Under the pieces are notes generated by a model that saw nothing but the letters and a program-made list of their open reading frames with translations, was not told the DNA's origin and searched no databases. A DNA stretch of 62,185 nt, the filler included, from Vezdaea acicularis (taxonomy: Eukaryota): the NCBI GenBank assembly GCA_026025075.1. It is 5 parts of 5 records of this genome, joined end to end, with 100 filler letters (N's around TTAATTAATTAA, not from the genome) between each part and the next. Parts side by side here need not be neighbours in the genome. Positions count along the whole stretch, not along the records: positions 50,144 to 62,185 come from JAPEUI010000247.1; 4 more parts are not named here. One strand, 5' to 3'. Positions 50,144-62,185 of the stretch are shown piece after piece (positions within the stretch are counted from its first letter, which is position 1; every line of letters begins with the position of its first letter). Both the position numbers and the translations under genes were made by a program.

Positions 50144-51157
50144 CACAGAGTAAGTGCAGCCCACTTCTTTACATGCCCAGTCTGGCGTGCTAAATGGTTT
50201 TCCGCTAGGTACTCTGGAATAACTGAAGCCATGCTCGACCCAATCACAACCACCCTTCACGATGTCCAGATCAAATTAAAGAAAATACTTCACTCAGGGG
50301 CTATCCTCTGCGGCCACGCAATCGCCAACGATCTCACGGCTCTCAAAATGACCCACCCCTTCCTCGTCGATTCAGCCTACATCTACCCGCACCTCCGGGG
50401 CTTCCCATACAAGCACAAGCTCAGCTACCTAGCCACAAAATACCTGAACCGATCCATTCAAGCTGCGGGCGGACGAGTCGGCCACGACTCCATCGAAGAC
50501 GCCAGGGCAGCTCTAGATCTTGTCAAGATGAAGTGCGAGAAGGGCCCCGTGTGGGGAACCCTGGAAGCTGGCAAAGAAGACATCTTTAAACGTCTTTCTC
50601 GCACGATGAGACCGAAAAGACATTCTTCCGCCGTTACTGATGAGCCCCGCACGGGAGCGATCGTCGACTGGCCTAAAGTGGTATCGGCCTACAGCGCCTC
50701 AGCGGATGTATCCATACCCTGTCGAGACGACGACGACGTGGTCAAAGGCATCCAGACAGCTATCAGAGGTACTGCGGACGATACCAATCCGTCTGCTGGT
50801 GGCGTAGACTTCGTCTGGGCCCGACTACGAGAGCTCGAAGTTTTACGTGGGTGGACGAGTAGAGCCCAACTCGACGAAAACGGCGCGACAAACGTGGAAG
50901 AGCGATCCTCAAAGGATAACCACTACCCCCTTTCGACTAGCCTAGCAGAAGCTGTTTCCAAGACCGTCAGGTCCATCGAGGCGATCTACCATGATCTGCC
51001 GCCCTGTACAGCCTTTATCGTCTACTCCGGAAGTGGCGATCCACGGGAGATGCAGAAGCTACAAGCCACTGAACGCAGGACCGACGAAGAGACTGCTGCG
51101 CTGGAAGCGGCGGTGTCGAAAGCGATGCAGGGCATTGCTTTCATCACCGTTAGATAG
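50144..51157 (+). CDS. DEDDh RNA exonuclease (REX1/Rnh70-like), 5'-truncated; intron about 50150-50208
   Basis: YSGITEAML, LCGHAIANDLTALK (ExoII) and GHDSIEDARAALDL (ExoIII). Confidence 0.85.
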   Translation, partial: HRVSAAHFFTCPVWRAKWFSARYSGITEAMLDPITTTLHDVQIKLKKILHSGAILCGHAIANDLTALKMTHPFLVDSAYIYPHLRGFPYKHKLSYLATKYLNRSIQAAGGRVGHDSIEDARAALDLVKMKCEKGPVWGTLEAGKEDIFKRLSRTMRPKRHSSAVTDEPRTGAIVDWPKVVSAYSASADVSIPCRDDDDVVKGIQTAIRGTADDTNPSAGGVDFVWARLRELEVLRGWTSRAQLDENGATNVEERSSKDNHYPLSTSLAEAVSKTVRSIEAIYHDLPPCTAFIVYSGSGDPREMQKLQATERRTDEETAALEAAVSKAMQGIAFITVR

Positions 51158-53553
51158 TACCGCGGGGAACCCCGGTTCATGTCATCACTGGGTTTTTGAG
51201 GCTGCCACCTCATCTGTTTCTGTTAGCTGGGCGATGCAGCGGTTTGGAGGGGTTTTTCTGGTCACTTGTTGGGGTTTCCGTGTGAAGCGTCTGTAGGGGT
51301 AGACTTTGTCTTCCCGAGCTTCTGAGCTCTGATGTCCTGCTAAATGCATACAATGACATCCCATCCTGCGCGTCCCTTCTTTTCGTGCGTGGTCTCTGCG
51401 ATTGTTTTGAATCTTGCCCTTTCTTGATGATGATACCATCAGAAATATTCACGTTCATACACCGACGAACCTTCTCCCCTACCCCTCACCTCTACTCAGC
51501 AGCCCTTCCACCCCCTTACCCTCCACCTCCACTCCCCACTATCGCCCACAGGCAGCCAGGCGTGTGCAGAGAAGATCCCAGGATCAAGACCCGTGGGTAG
51601 GTGACACAGCATGTATTACCGTCAACCCGCGTGTAACGAAGCTGAGCGGGGGGGGGGTTATCGTGCTTGCAAGGCCATTGGCGCGAGAGGGTAGCGGACG
51701 TGGGAGGGGCGGGTCGTATATTACGGCAGTGGATGGCTTGGTTGGAGGGGATGGATGATGGATGGATGATGGATGGATGGATGGATGGAAGGGGGGGGGG
51801 GCAGTTTCATGGTTGGATACGCGCATTTCACGGCTGTTGATGAGAATGGAGCGTGGAAGCCTTTCTTAGCGGATATTCAAGCCTTTCATGTGCCTACATA
51901 GTCAAGTAATTTCCATGCTCTCATTCTCTTCTTCGGCGGCGTGGTCGTGATGGGCGAAGTGGGGGACGCTGGGTGGTGATGGTTGGATGGGGGAAACGCC
52001 TCGGGAACTGCAGATAGCCGGATCTCTCATACCATGGACCACTGACTTTCCTGCGCACGGCCGGGCGCTGGTTACACGGATCGCGCCGTTTGGGGGGCAT
52101 GGTGGTGATAGTGATGCGATGGATCCTCGGCCGCTTCAGTCTGGTCTGGGTGCCAGATCACTTTCTACCGTTTCGGCATCCGCGCGAGGAATGGCGAGAT
52201 CACAAACTCGGACGGTCGCTCTGATATGCCTTCCTCGAACCAGGTCAACCACCCAGGGCGATTGATGTAACGAGTAAGCCGTCGCCGTTCTTCGCCGCAG
52301 CCAGAACGGCTCCTTGCAGGTTACTGGATGGCACCCCGGCTCGAATCACACAACAGACGAGTGTTGGTGCTACGACGGGAGTTGAGAGAGGCGTTGCAAG
52401 CCTCGAGGTGGGTTCGAATGTGATGTGACATGCGCCTTGTGGTTACTGGCCGCCGCCACGATCTCTTGGGCCGCGGCTTCTATTTGGTTGGATCCGCCGC
52501 CGGTCGATCACACTGCAGATGCGATGAAACGACTGGGTCGGGTTCGAGGGCGCGCCGTTTCTATCCCTCCTCGACGCTGCGACCATGTTTGCAGTGGACA
52601 ACCCTCATCCGGACTGTCCAGACGACGGGCAAAGGATCGATTGAGCGTTCGGTGGCGCGGTTTGCTAATGAGAGATTCGTCGAAGAGGAATGATTGCTAC
52701 CTTCTTCCTTGCATGCGTCGACGTTGAATTGGACGACGCGTCCTGAGTCCCGTCGTTTCAAGGGCTCGCACTTGGCTCCGGCGACCGTTCTCGTGCCCCT
52801 GCTGCTCGCCGCGCCTCCTGCCTCTCCAGCCCGCCGCCCCCGGCTCGGCTTGTCTGGCTCGCCCCTTCCGCCTCCGCCGCGGCGGGTCCGGACCCCGATC
52901 ATTCCGCTCCTCCCCGACAAGGCGAGGGCATTCTCGTGACGATGTCGGGATTGGGGGGGGAGGGGCGGAGGAGAGATGAGGGCGTTGGAAGGGCGTGACT
53001 CTGCCATGGCTGCAGGTATGGAGTCTGGGGAAAGGGTTCGTGAGCTGTTCGATGATCCTTAAAGCAAGGGGATCCCTCCCACAGAAAGGGCCACCTTACG
53101 CTTAATTGTCCTGGGGCCGGGGAAGCGGTCCACAAGGAAACCGTGGCGGCCTCTGGGGGGGGGCAGCATCTGGCAGTTCCCGGTCGACACTAATCGCAGT
53201 TCGAGCAGCTCGCGGCGTTTCGCGTGCACCTGCTGCGCGGACGAAGGGGGGAGAGACTGCTGCATTCGAGAAGCTCCCACGTTTTCCGCACGCGCTGCCC
53301 ATCCCTCTCTGCCCTTTCTCGACCTCCAAACTTCCTTTCCCTTCAATCATCACCGTCCTTACGACCCTTTGCAGCCCCGGCGATCAATCCTTTGCTTTCG
53401 TCTCTCACTCGTTATTCGGCTGTTGTTTCCGAAACCTGATGCCAAAGTCCAATTAGGCTCCGCGGTCCCCTTCCACCCGACCGGGTAAACCGCTGGATGC
53501 AGCTCTGCCGCCCCCTCCAACGTTTCGTTGACGATCATTGGAAATAGCCCGAA

Positions 53554-55389
53554 ATGCTAGCTGACATGCCTTCCGCAACTTCATATCAGTCTCCGCCGCC
53601 ACCAGCACGACCTTCTTTAAAGTCGCATGTCTCGTCGGCCATCTCAGTCTCGTCCGTGGTCGAGACGGGGAATGGATGGCCGGCCACCCCGCCGACGTAT
53701 CGCATGCCCAAGCTGACGTATCGGAACCAATCTGAGCCATCCGAAATTTCTGGAGTCCCTCGAAAGGATACCGACGTGATCGAAGAACAGGCGGCGCAGG
53801 ATGCGGTGTCGCTGGCCACAAGAGTCACAATATCCGGTAGTCGTCCGGCCCGGGATGAACCACAACGGGGCGTGAGGAGTCTGGGCAGAATGGGAAGTCT
53901 CACGACGGGCAGTGGACGGCCGTTCAAGACGAAGACGTCGTCCATCATGAGCTTCTTCTCCACCAAGGAGCCCTCCGCCGTGGCTCTCGCTCAGTTGGAA
54001 GCAGAACAACGAAGGATGATGGGGGTGAGCAAGAATTCTCGCGAGATCCCGCTCGGTGTGTCCACCGCGAAGCTGCCTCCGGAGGTGCCCAAAGTAAACT
54101 CGAAATGGGATGGGGTCACGAAAGATTGGGAAGAGAATGGCAGGCCGAAGCCTGGTCGATCGTCGAAGGAGCGAGCCGGACGATCATCCGCTGGCTCTCA
54201 TAGCAGACCTTCTACCGCTCGGTCGAAGAAAGTGCGGCAACACGTCTCTGGCAGCTCAGAGCACGTCGGATCTAGTGTTAAACCTAGAACGCCACGACCA
54301 AGTCTGTCTAGCATCGCCGTGGGGAAAGAGGTTCGAAGTGGTGTACACACAGGGAACCACAGCAAATCCACAAGCAGCGTTTCTTCATCAACGCCCAAGC
54401 GCGAGGACACACCATCGATCGTCTCGTCATCGAATACCGATGACACGGCGCACGTATCCAAGGGGTCGACGAGGCGGCGCCGCTGGTCAAAGTCGCTGTT
54501 TCCGAGCGCAGCCTCTTATCAAGAATCCATCACGACACCCGGGAGCGGACCAGAACTCGTTCCGCAGCAGCGCCCTCCATCGAATATCTCTCTGAAAGAC
54601 GAGAATCCGTACTTCTCGTCCGACATCCCCGCCGAATACATATCCACCGGCTCCCCCGCCCCTCCGCCCCGCACCGAACTGCCCCCGACTCCCGCCAGCC
54701 TCCCTTCCCCCACCAAACCTGTCCAACCCCCCACTCCACTCTCGAACCCCGCCCTCCGCGACCTGCGGCGTCGATCCATCCGAAAACGCGATTCCCTGAA
54801 ACGGAACTCCTTAAAGCACACCTCCCTCTCCCGCCCGACCTCCCTCGCTTACTCCACCACCGACGACTCCTACAACGACGACGACGATGACGAAGGAGAA
54901 GACACCTACGACGACGAATCTATCCTCGACCTCGACCGCTTCCCCAGCCCGCCCACCACCGCTGGCGTCGGCGCCTCCATCTCTCCCATCTCTCCCATCT
55001 CCATCTCTCCCACCAGCTTCCCCAGCTTTCCCACCTCTGGCGGCCTCACTCTAAACACCACTCCCTCCCAAATAGACCTGCATCTTTTTGAAAAGAGTTT
55101 GCCGGCAGCGATTAATCCTACCCCCCCTCTCCCTCTTCTGCCGCCTGAAGAGCGTGCGACGGAACCTCGCGTGAGGAATCGGAGTGTGGCGCCGTGGGAG
55201 GAGCCGGAGGATGTGGTTGAGTGGGATATGCCTAGGATTGTGGAGGGGAGGCAGGGGAGGGGTGGGGATGTGTTGGGGTCGGGGATAGGCGTGGGAAAAG
55301 GGATGGGCATGGGTGTGGGAATGGGAAAGGGTGTAGGTGGGAGTGTGGGAAAGCGGAAAAGTCGCTATGCCCTCTTCCTAAAGAGTTAG
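53554..55389 (+). CDS. Ser/Pro-rich hypothetical protein, 611 aa, largely disordered
   Basis: Long uninterrupted ORF with one ordered-looking island, FFSTKEPSAVAL...GVSTAKLPPEVPKVNSKWDG. Confidence 0.7.
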   Translation: MLADMPSATSYQSPPPPARPSLKSHVSSAISVSSVVETGNGWPATPPTYRMPKLTYRNQSEPSEISGVPRKDTDVIEEQAAQDAVSLATRVTISGSRPARDEPQRGVRSLGRMGSLTTGSGRPFKTKTSSIMSFFSTKEPSAVALAQLEAEQRRMMGVSKNSREIPLGVSTAKLPPEVPKVNSKWDGVTKDWEENGRPKPGRSSKERAGRSSAGSHSRPSTARSKKVRQHVSGSSEHVGSSVKPRTPRPSLSSIAVGKEVRSGVHTGNHSKSTSSVSSSTPKREDTPSIVSSSNTDDTAHVSKGSTRRRRWSKSLFPSAASYQESITTPGSGPELVPQQRPPSNISLKDENPYFSSDIPAEYISTGSPAPPPRTELPPTPASLPSPTKPVQPPTPLSNPALRDLRRRSIRKRDSLKRNSLKHTSLSRPTSLAYSTTDDSYNDDDDDEGEDTYDDESILDLDRFPSPPTTAGVGASISPISPISISPTSFPSFPTSGGLTLNTTPSQIDLHLFEKSLPAAINPTPPLPLLPPEERATEPRVRNRSVAPWEEPEDVVEWDMPRIVEGRQGRGGDVLGSGIGVGKGMGMGVGMGKGVGGSVGKRKSRYALFLKS

Positions 55390-56525
55390 TCGCGGAGTAT
55401 CCACTATAATCAAAAATTACAGAGCCATCACTACAAAAACAAGCATAAACATAAGCCTAACACCCACCAAACGCATTTCATTCCTCAGAATATCCAAGCC
55501 ATATGTCTAAACCCTTTCCCTAACACGCTCCTATCACTTTCCTCTCCATACCTCTCACGAGCTCTAACTCACGGTATTTGGGAGCTGCACAGATCGTTCT
55601 GGGTTTAGGTCTGCCGAGGATGGAAGCGGGAGCGGGAGAGGGAGTAGAAATGACAGATGCTCCGGAAGATTACGAAAGCAGTGTGTGCTCTGTAGAGTAG
55701 AGGAGATTGCACCAACACCGCAGCAGCGGGGAGCAGTAGCAGCACCGCAGCACCGCATTTCCGAGTAATCTCATGTTTCTAAGTAGCTTTCTAGTGGGGA
55801 CGGCATGGCTCGGCGCATGGTTGGGCGTATGGATCTCTCGATGTTGGGCGAGGTTTTGCGGTATGCTTTTGTGGAGAGGGGGGAGGGGGTGGTATATGCT
55901 GGATTGAGAGGGGGATGGGGAGGTGGAGGGTTTGAGAGGTCTGGCGGTTGACGGGTGGGAATTGGGGGGGTTTGATGTACTGATCAGGGGGGGGAGAGGT
56001 GAGATGGTACGAAAGGGTTGAATGGGAGCAAGAGGGGTGCTATCGCCATACAACACTATAGCACGTAAGAAACGCATTGATGAGATACTAGACCTATGCT
56101 CGTGATCCTTGCTGGGTGGGTAGGGCTTAATGAGAGCTTTTCTCTTCCGTTTTCTCGTTCTTCTTTCTTTGTTTTGGGCTCTTTTGTTCGGGTGCTCGCT
56201 TCTAGCCACCATTTGCCAATATCTATCCTTGAGGGAAAATATGGGGAGGAGTGGGAGGGGAGGGGGAGCCTAAGTGGTGGTGGGCCTGGGCTTTCTGGGG
56301 AAAAGCAAGGGTGTAGCTGTCTGGCGGTGCGGGTAGAGCTTGGTCAGGGCTAGGGCAGGGACACACATTCACCACGCCTTGGGGGGTTTTTTTTGGCTGC
56401 GTCTATACGGAAGTGATTTTGTGGTATTAAGCGCTCGCTTGATGCGGCTGTGAACTTTCATGCTGGTCGGAAGGGGGGGGGGAGGTTGTGGCGCTTAAAT
56501 ACTTCTCTCGCTCTTCCGCGCGCTT

Positions 56526-56641
56526 CCTCTTTTCTTCCTCCTCACCTCTCTCTCCCTCTTTCCCTCCCCTCCTCCCTCTTCCTCCTCCCCCTCTCTCTCT
56601 CTCTTCCTCTCGTCTTATATATATATATATATATATATATA
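56526..56641. repeat. CT-rich tract followed by an (AT)n microsatellite upstream of the kinase
   Basis: Polypyrimidine run, then about 12 AT units. Confidence 0.7.
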
Positions 56642-57335
56642 CATCTCGCCGTCTAGGTACACGGCCAAGTCCACACGTGATGCCATGCACACTCACGACG
56701 AGGGCAGCAACCCCTCCTTCGAGCAGTCCGCGATCCGGCGAGACATTACGCCGATTTGACACCGATGGATCACGTTTTTTCCTCATTTCATTCTTCACCC
56801 GTGAGGAAGCCTAGGTGAGTCAAGTTTACGCACTTTTGCTCGTTCACTCATCCTCAACCACACGTTCAGTCAAGTGGAAAGTGCTCTCGCAGACTGAGTA
56901 TGTCACGCATTCACCTTTTCTGCCTTTTTCTCTTGATACTTCTCCTCTTACGAATCTTGAGCAGCTCTTTCACGGTCGAACAAGTACCGTATATCTTTGG
57001 GTTCCCGTCAAATCGGTATGTTCCTTGTCGGTTCCCCTCCATGTCAAGCTACGGGAGCTAACTTTCGGTTCCCAGATAATCCCTGTGAACCAGCTGCGTT
57101 AGCGTCGCTGCACCACCGGTCGGCTCTGCCTACTGCAGCAGGGTGCCTGGAGAAGGACGCTAGGAGAAAACGTGAGAGGATGGGTTCGTTTTCCTCTTGT
57201 TGCCGTACCGGCGTCCGCTTCGACGACGAGCCTCAGCTCCTATCGACAAGCAACGCCAACGACAACGACTCCGGCAACGTTGAACATTCGGTTGAAGACT
57301 CAGATGGGCCCGACGACAGCGGTGACGAGACCGAA

Positions 57336-60300
57336 ATGGAGGAGGAAGTCAACACGCAGCAAGCCACTCAGATCCATGTGGACCCAAGACGGCTGGGCAG
57401 GAACAACTCCGGTATCTACGACAAGGACCTCGCAGACTTGATCTGCATACTCCATCCGACGTCGCCTCTAGCTCACAGAGTAGTTGAGGATCTGGCCAAA
57501 ACGAATCCCCAGCACATATTCCGGAATGAGGAGCTATTGGCACCCATTGACAATGATGATCCCGAGATTTCCCCCTCTAATCCTCAAGGTGCCCCTCGTC
57601 GACCTTCGACAACGAGCCATGATATCGCGCTGCGGCTTTCTTCAACTGTGAAAGATATCACCATGGGCTTCGTCTTCGGGCGGAATATTCTGAGATCTGA
57701 CATACTGCTTAATGTCAGTGACGATGCGAAACGGCTAAGCAACACGCATTTCAGAATATACCTTAATGAAAGCGGGGTGGTCATGCTGCAAGACTGTTCG
57801 ACGAACGGTACTCGCGTTGACGACATCATGCTAAGGTACAAACCGGTGGCAAATGAGCCGATGAATGGCGCCTCCCGAATGCTGATCACGGGGTCATGCA
57901 TTGAACTCATGACTGGAACGCAGGACAACATCAAGTTCATGGTCAGGATACCAAAAGAGAGACATCCTTATGAAGATGACTACGCCGAAAAGGTCGATGA
58001 GCGAAGCCGTGCTATCAGTGAGGAAGTGGCCAGAAGAGAGGAAGCAAGGAGAAAAAACAATGCCGCGAGAGGTCTGGCGGGCCAAGTCTTTCCCGGAGCA
58101 GTAAGTCGTCACTGGCACTCTTTTGATCCGTACTGGAATCCAGACTCACAACATAATATAGGCAGCAGCTCGTGCTGGTGGAATCTTACACCAGAACATT
58201 GGTGGCCCACCAAATGTGGCACCTCCGCGTCCTCCTCCTCATACCGCAAGAAGCATGCGTCGAGTGGCGGCAAAGGCCTGGAACGGCGGCGACAAATACA
58301 ATTTCATCCGGAACATTGGGAGTGGAGCGTTTGCGACAGTCTATGAGATTGCCACGAAGAACAATGGCGTCGTGTATGCGGCGAAGGAAATACAAAAGAA
58401 GCAGCTTCATGGGGGTAACCCTGTTGATTATACCGTGGACAATGAAATGACGATAATGTCGCGTTTACGCCACGTACGTGTCATTCTCATCTGGACCTTC
58501 TTCATCTCAGCTAACCATTTTCAGCCATGCATCATCGAGTACCATGAATGTCATGAATACAATCATTACCTCTACATAATCATGGAGTATCTCCCGGACG
58601 GCAATATCGGCACTTATCTTTCGGAATACGGTACTATGCCAGAGCCACTGGTGAAGGCCATGGCACATCAGCTCTTATGGGCGTTAGATTACCTACACCA
58701 GCAAAAGATCACCCATCGAGACTTGAAGCCTGACAACATCCTGATTGCTTCTCACGATCCGTTCAGAGTCAAGCTCACCGACTTTGGCCTGTCAAAATAT
58801 GTCGAGGATACGGAGACTCACCTAAGAACATTCTGTGGAACAATTCTCTATTGCGCCCCCGAAGTATACCCCGATTACGCTGAATTTGTTAAGAAGCCCC
58901 AAGGTGGCGTAAAACGTGGGCGTGGACGGTAGGGATGTCTCAATATTCAGAAAAGTACTATAACTAATATGGCGTATAGAGGACATTCACATTCTTACGA
59001 CGAATCAGTCGACATGTGGTCTCTGGGGGCTGTTCTCTTTCAGTGCATGAGTGGCAAGCCGGCATTCCCTATCACAGATAACGAGAAAACGACGATGCTC
59101 CGAAAAGTCATGACTACGAAGCTAGATACGACGCCGCTCAAGGAACGCGGAGCATCAGCGATGGCCATTGAATTCATCAAATCGCTCCTAATACCCTACC
59201 CCTCACAGCGAGCTACTAAGCAATGGTGTTTTAATCATCCATGGCTTGCGGGCTTGGACCACGGCGAAATGAGCCGACATGTGAAGGCCGCACCCCAAAT
59301 AGAAAATGAGTCGATTGAAGACGACTATGGCATCGACGAGGGGTTTGATGAGGAAGGTCGACCTCTGACGGCTGATGATGTCAATCATGCTGCATCTCAA
59401 CTCAGCCTTGATGAGATCCCCCACCAAAAAGGAGGAGATGACAGCATCCAGGATGATTTCGACGATGATGTGTTTGTGGGGATGCAGACTGGACCGGATA
59501 GAATTTATGGGAAGGGAAAGGCTGTTGGTCAGACCCAACACCACCCACGCCCTATGGCTAGAGGTGAGACCAATCAATGGTCAATAAATGCTGCAGTAGC
59601 CGACAGTTCAGGCGAACCAGTGCTACCTGCAAGCCCTCCTGCTCCCATTCGTCCGAACCAACTCTTCGGCGAGATACCTCCATCGATGCTTCAGAGTTCT
59701 GGTGTTTTCCCTGGTGGAACAAATGCTCATCATTTAGAAGACTCCCACATGGCTGACACAACGAATGGAACTACCGAGTACTCAGGTCCTTCACTTGATT
59801 CATTCTCGTTTGGTGGTTTCTCGAATCTCAATAATGGCGCCGCTACTACCATCGTCAATACCCCTCAACCTCTCACTTCCTCGCAGACTGCCGAAAATGA
59901 GGCAGACCAATCCTCGCCCCAGCTGCCTCATATGCCTCAGCACTCCTCAGAGCCTCATGCAGCAGCCTCCCTTCTTGGCACCGAGTCCCTCGTCAGACAA
60001 CTCGCAGTCATTTCATCTCCTCGCTCCCCTCGGGAGGTTGCCACCCCTCCCGTTGAACCACCCAAAACTCCTGTCAAGCCGTCACTCCTTGGCACTAATA
60101 ATAGATCTGTATCCGCTTCAAAGCGAGAAAGGCCCAGCGACGAAAACAGCGACGGCCGAAGCATGAAGCGCCCCCGAAACTATGACCGCCAGATCCATGG
60201 CTACCCACCTGACGAACTCTACTGGGAGCATGGCAAACCAGAGACACGGGAGACCTCCTTTGTCGAAGCGCGCCGGCAAGCAGACCCCGCCTACTCCCGG

Positions 60301-60939
60301 TTCGTCAACGAGCGCCGTGAGGTCTACGAAGACGCGCTCGAGAAAGGAGAGGTCTCCCAAGGCATCTCCTTCGACTCGTGGCTCGAGGGTGTCGTGGCTG
60401 AGATCCGCACCCGACACGAGAGAGGCCGGCAAGCTGAGGATTCGGGAGCTTCGCCAAGTAACCGCACACCCTCATCGGGGGCGGCGTTGGGCTGGATGAC
60501 AACCACATCCGATTCCTTCTGGCAGTCCTCGTTTCCCCTCGTCCCTAGTTCCACATCCTTTGGGCGCTCTCCAGAGTGCTCCATTGTCTTCCCCGACGCC
60601 TCCGACGTCCGCGTACCAGCGCACGCCTTCAAGGTCTCCTTCGTGCCCGGCCGCGCTGGCAGTGAACTTGCTCCCGGCTCCCCTGTCTCTCAAGTCGACG
60701 CGACCCCTCTGCCCCTTGTGCCCCGCATCGAAACGGGCACGCGCAAGTTCATCCGCGTGAACAACGTCAAGCTCCAGAAGGGACAGTGGGGCTACCTCGC
60801 TGCCGGCGACCGCATCGCCGTCTGCTACAACCCCGAGGGCCAGCAGGGGGTGCTGAACATGGACGTGCGCTTGGCCGAGGGGAAGGAGGTGGAGGGAAGA
60901 AAAGGGGAGTTTGTCGTGTTTGGTGAAGTCGCCCGTTGA
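57336..60939 (+). CDS. FHA-kinase-FHA checkpoint Ser/Thr kinase (Chk2/Rad53 family, ChkC-like); introns about 58101-58161, 58474-58524 and 58929-58979; the start may instead be 57180
   Basis: TQQATQ, FHA1 (GFVFGR...SNTHF...DCSTNGT), kinase motifs (GSGAFATV, AAKEI, HRDLKPDN, DFG, APE, DMWSLG) and a C-terminal FHA-like region (SFGRSPECSIVF). Confidence 0.88.
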
Positions 60940-61484
60940 ATCATGCGAGGAAGTGAAGATGGTCGGGGAGGGGCTGGAATCGTTGGAGCAGGGGAGGGTA
61001 ATGTGCATGCATTTTTCTTCGTTTCATCGGGGAGCGGGCGGCACTTCAGCGGGTCATATACGCAGGCAGCGATGGGAGGATTTTTTATGTACTGCTTCTG
61101 TACTAGATTGCATAGCGAAATTGACAACGCTTTTTTTCAATGAAGGTGTGTTGTCTGGAGACCTCCTCGTTCAATGTGCTCCCGTCAACGCTATATATAT
61201 CTCAGAACTCTCAACCCACGTCTTCCCTTCGCCCTCAACCATACAGTGAATCATAATCATCATCTCGACTTTTAGGTGCAATCACGGAGCTATCCATGAC
61301 AACAGTGAATGGGGGTTTATTTTAGAAAAAGGATGCTGCCCAGTCGTTTTTCTATTGACAGGAAGATTAACTATACCGAAAGACGTCCGATGCTCCGAAA
61401 TGCTCGAGTGTCAAGATATGTTCAGATAAAAACGAACGACGCCACGATGCATACACAAACCCCCCCAACCCCACACGAGGTCTC

Positions 61485-62185
61485 CTACGCCAACACCACC
61501 TCCCCAAGATACATCTCCGGCGCCTCCCAAACCAAGCCATCAGTAACCGCGCAGCAACCGGTGCTCACATAGGTCGTATTACACGCACACGCCGGCAACT
61601 CCAGCGTTCCTCTCCTCCTGAGCCCGAAGTTCGAGCCCCCCTTGCCCAGTCCGAGAGTGGCCGTTAACGCGCTGACACAGACGCCGTTCGCCCAAGTTTT
61701 CCGGAACGACGAGCTCGTGACTCCTTGGAGCATGCAGACGAGGCTTTGACAGCCCCACGCGCCTTCGAACCGCGTGCACTCTTCTGCGTCGCGGCAGCCT
61801 CGGCCGCAGACGTTGTTATCGTAGGGAGTGTTCACGGCGCTGCGTTGACGGGGGACGCCATCGCCTCGACTTCCGTAGCCGTGGAAGCTCGAGGAGCGCT
61901 CTGATTCGTCGGCCATGGATTTCTTCCGACTACTTCCCGACACGTCGATGCTCACGCGGCCGAGCGACTTGGTTCCCAGCAGCTTTGACATGAAGCCCTT
62001 CTGTTTATCTTCCTCGGATTCGTTGGGGCATTCGCAGACGTGTTCGCAGTAGTCGGCGAGGGCGTCCCAGCGGAATCGTTCTTTGCATAAAGTGCGGTGG
62101 TCGATTGTGCAGATGCAACCCATGCTTGGGAGGTTTGATTCGGGGTCGTCGACGCAGAGAGACTGTAGGTTCGCATAGTCGTCAT
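61485..62185 (-). CDS. Cysteine-rich protein, probably secreted; 5' end lies beyond the window
   Basis: Frame is open to the window edge (DDYANLQSLC...MGCIC); many Cys; C-terminal CACNTTYVSTGCC...DGLVWE. Confidence 0.7.
   Translation of the reverse strand, partial: DDYANLQSLCVDDPESNLPSMGCICTIDHRTLCKERFRWDALADYCEHVCECPNESEEDKQKGFMSKLLGTKSLGRVSIDVSGSSRKKSMADESERSSSFHGYGSRGDGVPRQRSAVNTPYDNNVCGRGCRDAEECTRFEGAWGCQSLVCMLQGVTSSSFRKTWANGVCVSALTATLGLGKGGSNFGLRRRGTLELPACACNTTYVSTGCCAVTDGLVWEAPEMYLGEVVLA

Overview
Filamentous ascomycete (Pezizomycotina-type) nuclear DNA, judged from short GT-AG introns, the TTAGGG telomere and the gene set. The window is not contiguous. It holds five contigs (1-12673, 12774-25442, 25543-37745, 37846-50043, 50144-62185) joined by identical 100-nt N44-TTAATTAATTAA-N44 linkers, apparently in descending length order, so adjacency across linkers means nothing. 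Contigs 1, 2, 4 and 5 carry mostly ordinary genes: a DHA2 MFS pump, an Aro8-like aminotransferase, HapC/HAP3, prefoldin 2, CMC2, a CIA30-domain protein, a bZIP factor, CK2 beta, CLU1, an Msg5-like phosphatase, a REX1-like exonuclease, a two-FHA checkpoint kinase and a Cys-rich protein. Contig 2 ends in a (TTAGGG)n telomere only about 1.1 kb from an intronless CK2-beta gene. Contig 3 is the unusual one. It contains a 155-bp tandem array whose junctions are 17-bp inverted repeats around a 23-nt asymmetric spacer, with the spacer exactly flipped at one junction. Next come a 230-bp tandem array and a single ~1200-codon reading frame of unknown function broken by two in-frame stops. Upstream of that frame lie three CCWAT-N9-AATAAACCGTCAAGCG motifs that share a TGACGG core with the 155-bp array. 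An Fe-type lipoxygenase, RIP-like AT-rich DNA and the start of an LTR retrotransposon follow. The array/ORF/motif module is the best candidate for an undescribed mobile or recombination system. This is inference, and no database search was possible.
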